IMG/VR virus record: IMGVR_UViG_3300035562_000016
Location: 1 to 24,746 of that record
Source of the DNA: a virus
Taxonomy: Duplodnaviria > Caudoviricetes
Strand: one strand, 5' to 3'
DNA length: 24,746 nucleotides
Shown here: in pieces, positions 18,570 to 24,746 of the stretch
Numbering within the stretch: position 1 is the first letter of the stretch
Layout of the letters: every line of letters starts with the position of its first letter
Notes under the pieces: generated by a model
What the model was told of the DNA's origin: nothing
The model's input: only the letters and a program-made list of their open reading frames with translations
Databases searched by the model: none
Program-made: the position numbers and the translations under genes

Positions 18570-19381
18570 TTTCGTTCCAGTCCTGGGATTATCGGAGACC
18601 ATGTGCAGCGGCAGTTGATAGCCTCTCCTGGCAACACCCATTCGCCATCGAGATACAGACCCTTATCGAGGTAGAGCTCTTTACCGTCCGCTTTCACGTG
18701 GGATTGCCGTGGCTCTTTACCTGCATGAGAGTGACGCCAGATGCCTTTGGTGATTCCCAGGCTCTTTTGCCGCTCGGACTGGATGACAGCTGTAGCCTTG
18801 TTGTTCTGGTCGCGAGCTATCGTCTCTGCACGCCTGCGCGTAATGCCGTATCGCGCCTCAAGCTCATCGGTTAGATGACCAAGGTCACGACCACGGCTGA
18901 CTGACTGCATCACCATCGTCTCAACCTGCGTGTGGTACTGCTCAGGTATCGACCTAATCAGGTTGACGTTCTCGTTTATGACGGCTTGCATTGCGTTTTT
19001 AAGCTCATCATTCATCGTGAACTTAACGGTGAACCCGCCAGCCTTCAAAGCAGAATGAAGAGAGACATCAGTATTGCGCAGGGTCTTATCGACAAAGCGA
19101 TCTGCCAGTTTTTTCGCAAGCTCGTTGAACCTGCTTTCCCACTGTTTACCGAGCTTAGCCAGCCTGCGCTTCAACTCATTTGCAGGACTGGCATCCAATG
19201 CCATGCTGTCTTTGTAGCCCGCTTCAAGCCAGTACCGGTAAGACTTGTTCATCTCCCGTACTAACTTGAGCAGTTCCGCACGATACCACTCGTGAACTCC
19301 GGCGTTAGCCCTGATTGGACGAAGGGTTTTCTGGCTCTTCGAATCCTTCTTCGATGGATTCGTTTTCGTAATCTTCGTCAT
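18566..19381 (-). CDS. Head morphogenesis protein (SPP1 gp7/Mu F family)
   Basis: 'RRAETIARDQNNK', 'PRQSH', 'PGEAINCRC'; follows the portal gene. Confidence 0.9.
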   Translation of the reverse strand: MTKITKTNPSKKDSKSQKTLRPIRANAGVHEWYRAELLKLVREMNKSYRYWLEAGYKDSMALDASPANELKRRLAKLGKQWESRFNELAKKLADRFVDKTLRNTDVSLHSALKAGGFTVKFTMNDELKNAMQAVINENVNLIRSIPEQYHTQVETMVMQSVSRGRDLGHLTDELEARYGITRRRAETIARDQNNKATAVIQSERQKSLGITKGIWRHSHAGKEPRQSHVKADGKELYLDKGLYLDGEWVLPGEAINCRCTWSPIIPGLERK

Positions 19382-20837
19382 CTTCAGATTCCATCATGTG
19401 GTATGGACTGCTCTTATCTGACTGGCGCATAGACTTGATGGAGTCGATATCGAACACACCTGCTTCGGCATAGTTCTTGTCAGCCTCAGACTGATGCTTC
19501 ATGACCTCGGCTTTCTCTGCTTCAGTAAGCTCGTACAGCGGCAGGAACTCGAAATCGATGTCAGGGTCAATCTCGCCAAATTCGTTCAACTGGATCACAT
19601 CCAGCACGGTTTTAAGCGAACTCCTGAATAGATTCTCCTGCATGGCATGAATAGAGTCGTAGAAGACGCGAATCTCACCATCGGATGAAGCGTTGAGACC
19701 GTTTGGCGTGATGCCAAGCAGTTTAACCAGAGGAATGCTTGATACCGAAGCCATCTGCTCCTGTGCTTGCGCCTGAAGAGCGTCGACACCAGAAAGGCTT
19801 GTCACAAACTGGAAGAATTCTTCGCTGTCCTTATCGACCATGAACATGCCACGGTTGTCGCGAACTTTGTTGAAGAATTCCGCACGCATAAACAGGTTCG
19901 GATCTGCCACGCCGGACAACACGTTTTGCATGTTCGTTTTAAGGCCGTAAACCACAAACGAGTGAACCAGGTCGCTCACGCTGTCACGCGTTCTCAACCA
20001 GTTCTGCACGTATGGCTCAGCCATCTGACTAAGCGACAGGCCACCGAAGTTATACGCCGCCTTGAGGATGTCTGGCACCTGGCGAGAAATCATTGTCAGG
20101 ATGCGGCTGGCGTGAACGGTGCGCCCCATGACGTACCATTCAGCCGGGTTGAAGAAATCAGGGCTTAATGGGTTGTCAGCGTTATACACTCCGGGATAAG
20201 TCCACATTGCCTCGATAACACGGAAACCGTTCAGACTTCCTTTGGTTATCTTGCGAGGGCTGATGTAGAGCTTCTTGTCCAGTTCATCAGGAACCAGCCA
20301 GGCAGAGTTACCGCTCGGCGTCTTCACGTCGATGTAAATCTGACCGCGACCAAAGTAACCGTCATGCTCTGCGGCCTCGCGAAACTTCTCGCGCACTTTG
20401 AAGCGCTTTAATGCGTCGTCAAGCTGGCGAATCTTGTCGGCCTTATCGTCACCTTCATCTTTCCCGATGTGCTTCAGCTCTATCCACTTGCGCGTCATTT
20501 CTTCAGCTATCGTGCCGGTAATCTTGCGATATTCCGGCAGCTGAGCGAGCTGTGAAAGATATGGATAGCCAGGGAATCCACCGTAACCATATGCGGTGAT
20601 GTTTGCTGAATTGAGGTAACTATAAGGCGTGGAGTCCATCGCCAGAGCTGCCTCACCAACGCTCTCAGGAATAACTCCTGGAGGCGGTGTATAGCGCTCA
20701 ATCTGACGAAGAACCTCACCCTCTGACCTAATCCTTTCCTGTTCATTCAGCATCGCCAACGCGTTAGCCAGCGACATGGGCTGTTTTGCCTCTTCCTTTG
20801 GAGGCTCAGCTTTTTTCTTTTTCCAGCGTTCAAACAC
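19305..20837 (-). CDS. Portal protein (DUF1073-like)
   Basis: 510 aa after terL; 'EEMTRKW', 'VHASR', 'IPLVKLLGITPNGLNASSDGEIRVFYD'; GTG start overlaps the terL stop. Confidence 0.88.
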   Translation of the reverse strand: MFERWKKKKAEPPKEEAKQPMSLANALAMLNEQERIRSEGEVLRQIERYTPPPGVIPESVGEAALAMDSTPYSYLNSANITAYGYGGFPGYPYLSQLAQLPEYRKITGTIAEEMTRKWIELKHIGKDEGDDKADKIRQLDDALKRFKVREKFREAAEHDGYFGRGQIYIDVKTPSGNSAWLVPDELDKKLYISPRKITKGSLNGFRVIEAMWTYPGVYNADNPLSPDFFNPAEWYVMGRTVHASRILTMISRQVPDILKAAYNFGGLSLSQMAEPYVQNWLRTRDSVSDLVHSFVVYGLKTNMQNVLSGVADPNLFMRAEFFNKVRDNRGMFMVDKDSEEFFQFVTSLSGVDALQAQAQEQMASVSSIPLVKLLGITPNGLNASSDGEIRVFYDSIHAMQENLFRSSLKTVLDVIQLNEFGEIDPDIDFEFLPLYELTEAEKAEVMKHQSEADKNYAEAGVFDIDSIKSMRQSDKSSPYHMMESEDDEDYENESIEEGFEEPENPSSNQG

Positions 20838-22366
20838 TATGCGAGCCTCAAAATTTCTTCAGATATGCGTAACGGACCATTGCCATTCTTCATTTCGTCA
20901 ATGGCATCCATCATCGGATCTAACTGGTCGTCGTGCGTATTGAAATCAGGGTTGATGGCTTCCATCTCGACGAGGAAGTCGTTAATGAATGGTGAGTTGC
21001 TGGGAAGCTTGATATACCCGGACTCGATGTATCCCTGCACGTCCATCAGGCGAGTGTATTTGTCTTTATCGCGCTGAATGGCCTTGATAGGGCATATCGC
21101 CTTTTTTCGAATGTTCTGGATAAGCCCGGTGCCGGATGACTTATCCTCTATCGCCATGTGACGAAGCGGACCATTCTTGAGGATTTTGCATTTATCCCAG
21201 AAAGCGACAGCGCGACGCTGAAGCTCTTCGGCTTCCCACTTGCCGCGAATCATGTCTATCAGGTAAATATATCCGTCAGTACCTAACCCCCAATGCTCGA
21301 ATACTGAGAAGTCATTAACCTCTTTTGTTTTCTGCGCGGTGTCGCCATAGACGGCTCGCCATTGCATAGGAGGAAGCACGGAGTATTCACCGAACCATTC
21401 AGATTTAATCAGTCCGCCGCCTTTAGCGGTTGGTCGCTGTTGGTAAAGAGCATTCCAGACAAGGGATCCGCGTTGCTTGGCCTTGTCGACGAACTCCTGA
21501 GGCATTCGTTCAGGGAACAGGATTTCACCAGGCTTGCGTAATAGATAGGTCTTGCCATTCAGCTCGTGAATTTCTTCTTTTTCAGCCTCCATAGGGAAGC
21601 TAACCACTCGCCACTGCTCTCCACCCTCCTCTGCTAACTTCAACAGCTGACCAGCAAGGTCACTTTGATGCCAGCGAGTAAGGATGATGATGATTCCGTT
21701 TATCTTTGGGTCGGAACGCGTGAAGAATGTTGTGTCATACCAGTCAATCACCGCCTCCTGGTATGTTGGCGATGATGCTGTTTTATAGTCCTTAGCCGGG
21801 TCATCAATAATGCCGATGTTCATACCCTGCCCGGTAATGCCACCGTTTACACCTGCTGCTCGATATGAACCACCATGAAGGTGCCCATTAGCTGATAGCG
21901 TTTCCCATAACTCAGCGGTTCTTATCGCCCCACCTGCAACTGTGCGGATGTTGGTTCCGTTAAGATGCACATCAGGGAATACTTCCTTGTAGCGGTCTGA
22001 ATCGATAATGCGTTGAGTATCGCGTGACATTCGGTTGGCAAGGTCAGACGAATATGAGCAAGCAATAACGTTCCAGTTTGGATGCTTGCCAAGCACATAA
22101 GCAGGGAAGCGCCTAGATGCTTTTTCACTTTTACCTGAACGTGGTGGTGCGAATATCATCAGGCGAGGCATCTTTCCTTGCTCTGCCTCAACCAGGAAAT
22201 TATCAAGCTCAGCAGAGAGAAGCTCATTGAACCATCCAGTCTCATACTGAGGGTTGGTGTAGAGTGTGAACCCCATCAGGGATTGTCTGGCTTCTTTTAT
22301 CGCTCTTCGCTTGAATGCCTCAAGAGTCTGCCTGTTTCTCAGAGAGCTGTGATCTGTGTCGGCCAT
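20837..22366 (-). CDS. terL: Terminase large subunit
   Basis: Walker A 'PPRSGKS', Walker B 'IGIIDDP', 'TRW' motif, nuclease 'YGDTA...HDDQLD'; AAGGAG before ATG 22366. Confidence 0.95.
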   Translation of the reverse strand: MADTDHSSLRNRQTLEAFKRRAIKEARQSLMGFTLYTNPQYETGWFNELLSAELDNFLVEAEQGKMPRLMIFAPPRSGKSEKASRRFPAYVLGKHPNWNVIACSYSSDLANRMSRDTQRIIDSDRYKEVFPDVHLNGTNIRTVAGGAIRTAELWETLSANGHLHGGSYRAAGVNGGITGQGMNIGIIDDPAKDYKTASSPTYQEAVIDWYDTTFFTRSDPKINGIIIILTRWHQSDLAGQLLKLAEEGGEQWRVVSFPMEAEKEEIHELNGKTYLLRKPGEILFPERMPQEFVDKAKQRGSLVWNALYQQRPTAKGGGLIKSEWFGEYSVLPPMQWRAVYGDTAQKTKEVNDFSVFEHWGLGTDGYIYLIDMIRGKWEAEELQRRAVAFWDKCKILKNGPLRHMAIEDKSSGTGLIQNIRKKAICPIKAIQRDKDKYTRLMDVQGYIESGYIKLPSNSPFINDFLVEMEAINPDFNTHDDQLDPMMDAIDEMKNGNGPLRISEEILRLA

Positions 22367-22910
22367 GACCAAGCTCCTTCAAACGTTCATCTAATTCTTC
22401 TTCGGTAATATCGGCGTATTGAATCGGGCCGCCATTCTTACCAGTAATCTCGCTAGATACTTGCTCTTTGAATGCCTGCACATTTACGTGCTTGCCTAGC
22501 AACTCAAGATTCTTAACCTTGTCAGGCCATTTGATTTTCTTCAGGAGAGCAGCGCTATCAGCAGATGCCATCTCAACTACATCCATTCCGGATAGCGTTG
22601 TTCGCCACACCTTCGGCCAGTCTTTAATCGGCTTTAGTTCGCCATTGGCAAGCAGGATGTCGAGCACATCCATCTGGTCTATCTCAGTCAAGCGCCTCAG
22701 AACGTATGCTGCGTCTACACCCACCTCTTCATTGCGTTCTGCTTTCAGTTCAGCAATGCGATCTGCAATGTCAGGTTTTGAAAGGTTCTCGCTTCCAACT
22801 GAACGGGCGGTCTTCTCGCTGTAACCCGCCCTGATAGCTGCCTGAGTGGCGTTTAAATCTTTCAGGTACTCACGGGCAAACAGCTCTTGTTTGTCTGTGA
22901 GCTTTGCCAT
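22320..22910 (-). CDS. terS: Terminase small subunit
   Basis: 'LTDKQELFAREYLKDLNATQAAIRAGYSEKTA', 'DKVKNLELLGKH'. Confidence 0.95.
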   Translation of the reverse strand: MAKLTDKQELFAREYLKDLNATQAAIRAGYSEKTARSVGSENLSKPDIADRIAELKAERNEEVGVDAAYVLRRLTEIDQMDVLDILLANGELKPIKDWPKVWRTTLSGMDVVEMASADSAALLKKIKWPDKVKNLELLGKHVNVQAFKEQVSSEITGKNGGPIQYADITEEELDERLKELGHGRHRSQLSEKQADS

Positions 22911-23108
22911 TTATTGTTTCTCTCGAAGTTCGATATATGAAACGTCATCACGATTAATGTAGGTAGCATTCTGCATATCATCTGTTCGGGATATGCATAT
23001 CCAAAATCCTTCAATATCTCCGCCTCTTGGAGCAAATCCTTCTATAGTCACGCCAGACTTCATGAATACTCTGACTTGATAAATCTCCTGGGGATTATCG
23101 ATAATCAT
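22911..23108 (-). CDS. Small hypothetical protein (65 aa, possibly Sm-like beta fold)
   Basis: ATG 23108 overlaps the upstream TGA; stop abuts the terS start. Confidence 0.6.
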   Translation of the reverse strand: MIIDNPQEIYQVRVFMKSGVTIEGFAPRGGDIEGFWICISRTDDMQNATYINRDDVSYIELREKQ

Positions 23109-23335
23109 GGGCATACTTTTACCTTACATGCATCGGGAACTGTAATCGTAATATTACCAGTAACATTTATTGTGGATGTCCGCGTAGATGGATGAAATAA
23201 ACCACCATAAGCAGCGAGAATTGAATCAACATTACTTTTATCATCACTCGAACAGCCATGAGACAGGCGATGCTCAATCGTGCGCAGGATGGATTCCCGC
23301 ACATCTCTAGGCATATCTTCGAACTTATTAGTCAT
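23105..23335 (-). CDS. Small hypothetical protein (76 aa)
   Basis: AGGA upstream of the start; fills the gap in the operon and is coupled to the next gene. Confidence 0.6.
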   Translation of the reverse strand: MTNKFEDMPRDVRESILRTIEHRLSHGCSSDDKSNVDSILAAYGGLFHPSTRTSTINVTGNITITVPDACKVKVCP

Positions 23336-23392
23336 ATTAGAGTTTCCTGCTTTCGTCCCACGGGAGAGAATCGTATTTCACAGAATTAAATA

Positions 23393-23620
23393 TCAGGAAG
23401 CTTGGATTCCGGAAGCACGAAGATTTGCCATCAGCGCATTTAAATCAGCAACTACACCTGCAACATCAGTTGCAATCGAGTCAGCCTTGGCTGCCGATTG
23501 CTTCACTCCGCCGAGAACAGATGTTGTTGCAGGTGGCAGTGTATATGCTTCACCATCAACATCATCCATGTTTGCCACGACTGTAGGGACGCCGCCTGTA
23601 GAAATAACCTTAGTTGGCAT
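23393..23620 (-). CDS. Head-fibre-like protein
   Basis: 'YTLPPATTSVLGGVKQ...VAGVVADLNALMANLRASGI' resembles phage head fibre proteins; GGAGG RBS. Confidence 0.7.
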   Translation of the reverse strand: MPTKVISTGGVPTVVANMDDVDGEAYTLPPATTSVLGGVKQSAAKADSIATDVAGVVADLNALMANLRASGIQAS

Positions 23621-23682
23621 GATTGCCTCCGGTTTTTGGGGATTGGTGAAAATGGATGCCTATCCGATGCGAGGGATATTTG

Positions 23683-23967
23683 TTATTTATCCGCTTTAGA
23701 GGATAAGCCTTCTTCTATCTGCCTGATTGCGCCTAACTGTCCGTTGCAGTTCTCAATGGAGAGAAGCAGCGCAACGTTAAGGTTTACGCTGTCGCCAAAT
23801 GTCATCTTTTCGGGAATGTCAGGGACTACGCAATCAATCAGCAGATTTGCCGGAATGGGAGGATTTTTTACTTTTACTGCCTCTCGCACTATCTGCTGCT
23901 TTGCGCACCCCGACAACAGCATCAGCAGGGATATACTCAATAGCGCATTGGTTGCCTTTGAGAGCAT
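23683..23967 (-). CDS. Rz1: o-spanin (outer membrane lipoprotein)
   Basis: Lipobox 'LLSGC', Pro-rich segment, 'IENCNGQLGAIRQIE'; starts inside the i-spanin gene and extends beyond it. Confidence 0.88.
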   Translation of the reverse strand: MLSKATNALLSISLLMLLSGCAKQQIVREAVKVKNPPIPANLLIDCVVPDIPEKMTFGDSVNLNVALLLSIENCNGQLGAIRQIEEGLSSKADK

Positions 23968-24250
23968 CCTTCACCTCGTCCTGCAGTTTCTGTGATTTCA
24001 TTTCAGCAGCCGCACGGCGACGAGCTTCTGTTGCTACTATCTTGTTCATAACGGCTATCTGGTCAACAAGACCATCAATGGAATTAGCCAGGCCTTCGTT
24101 CTTCTGACCAATGTCTTTAATCTGCTCAGACAGGCGTCCGTTATCTACGCTGAGTTTTTTGTTATCTGCTGCAAGGCGAAGCGTCAGAAGAATGACGATA
24201 GCTATTGCTGCTATGGTGATGATCTCGCCTATAGGCCATTTCTTAAGCAT
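23834..24250 (-). CDS. Rz: i-spanin (inner membrane)
   Basis: N-terminal TM 'IITIAAIAIVILLTL', coiled coil, C-terminal Cys 'NQCAIEYIPADAV'; GGAG before ATG 24250. Confidence 0.85.
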   Translation of the reverse strand: MLKKWPIGEIITIAAIAIVILLTLRLAADNKKLSVDNGRLSEQIKDIGQKNEGLANSIDGLVDQIAVMNKIVATEARRRAAAEMKSQKLQDEVKDALKGNQCAIEYIPADAVVGVRKAADSARGSKSKKSSHSGKSAD

Positions 24251-24737
24251 TCTTCTGGCTCCAGGTACAAACCTCATATTCAACGTCGCGGCGATTCATC
24301 AGTCCTTTCCACTTCTTACCGCCTGCATATACCCACTTTTTCAACTCATTGCATGCACCGGCATAATCCTTAGCATTAAGACGCTTCATCAATGTTGAGT
24401 TGATTGTTGCAGATGCACCCACGTTGTAAGCAAAGGAGTAAATTGCAGCACGTTGAGTTTCAGTGGTTGGCACCTTGATTGCTGCATCAACCTGTCTGGC
24501 AATGCGTTCGATGTCGGACTTGGTTAAAGCGTCACATTCTTTATCCGAATAACGCTTACCCGGAATGATGTCTTTTCCTGTATGCCCATCACAGACGGTG
24601 AGAGCTCCAACCACATCTTTGTATGGGACGTATTCACGGCCTTCTAATCCCCCCTTTCCTGATAGCATTATCGTCGTGATAGCAACCGCACCACCGCCAA
24701 TAGCGCCTGCGATTTTTGTCTTCAGTGCACTATCCAT
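24243..24737 (-). CDS. Endolysin, GH24 lysozyme with N-terminal SAR domain
   Basis: Gly/Ala-rich weak TM 'IAGAIGGGAVAITTIML', triad E-x8-D-x5-T in 'EGREYVPYKDVVGALT', 'SFAYNVG', 'GLMNRRDVE'. Confidence 0.93.
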   Translation of the reverse strand: MDSALKTKIAGAIGGGAVAITTIMLSGKGGLEGREYVPYKDVVGALTVCDGHTGKDIIPGKRYSDKECDALTKSDIERIARQVDAAIKVPTTETQRAAIYSFAYNVGASATINSTLMKRLNAKDYAGACNELKKWVYAGGKKWKGLMNRRDVEYEVCTWSQKNA

Positions 24738-24746
24738 CAGATTTCC

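Larger units (their letters stand above)
1..24746 (-). mobile_element. Late region (lysis, packaging, head, contractile tail) of a myovirus-type phage/prophage; continues past both window ends
   Basis: Continuous, tightly coupled minus-strand operon with canonical lysis-terminase-portal-capsid-sheath-tape measure-baseplate-fibre order; no att site or integrase in the window. Confidence 0.95.

Noticed and set aside
19305-20837. Anti-CBASS (Acb1-like) label sometimes attached to DUF1073 proteins
   Set aside because: Size and position between terL and MuF identify it as the portal; no separate phosphodiesterase domain is evident
23340-23395. TCCC-GT-GGGA-CGAAA resembling hammerhead ribozyme stem II
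   Set aside because: No CUGANGA core adjacent to the stem and no matching stems I/III
4582-24398. Many short plus-strand and alternate-frame ORFs in the track (e.g. 6695-7069, 10304-10750, 16162-16605, 23498-23995)
   Set aside because: They overlap well-supported structural genes and show no recognisable motifs
1-24746. tRNA, rRNA, CRISPR array, IS element, att site
   Set aside because: None seen; the window is almost fully protein-coding

Overview
The window holds the late-gene region of a contractile-tailed (myovirus-type) phage or prophage, probably of an enterobacterial host, read almost entirely on the minus strand. From right to left the order is: SAR-type endolysin, i- and o-spanins, three small genes (one head-fibre-like), terminase small and large subunits, portal, MuF-like head protein, protease/scaffold, cement protein, major capsid, head-tail connectors, sheath, tube, tail chaperone with a -1 frameshift, tape measure protein with a lytic transglycosylase domain, baseplate genes, tail fibre and fibre chaperone. 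Three AT-rich accessory genes interrupt or follow the operon: a secreted 4-Cys protein inserted antisense between the tape measure and baseplate genes, an acyltransferase-3 gene with its own sigma70 promoter, and a convergent winged-helix-like gene. The best sequence-level observations are an inverted repeat that could hide the acyltransferase RBS only on read-through mRNA, an unlisted 33-aa membrane peptide gene inside the head module, a recurring A-x-D motif across head proteins, and a slippery site with a downstream stem-loop. All family assignments come from recognised motifs and gene order; no database search was run.
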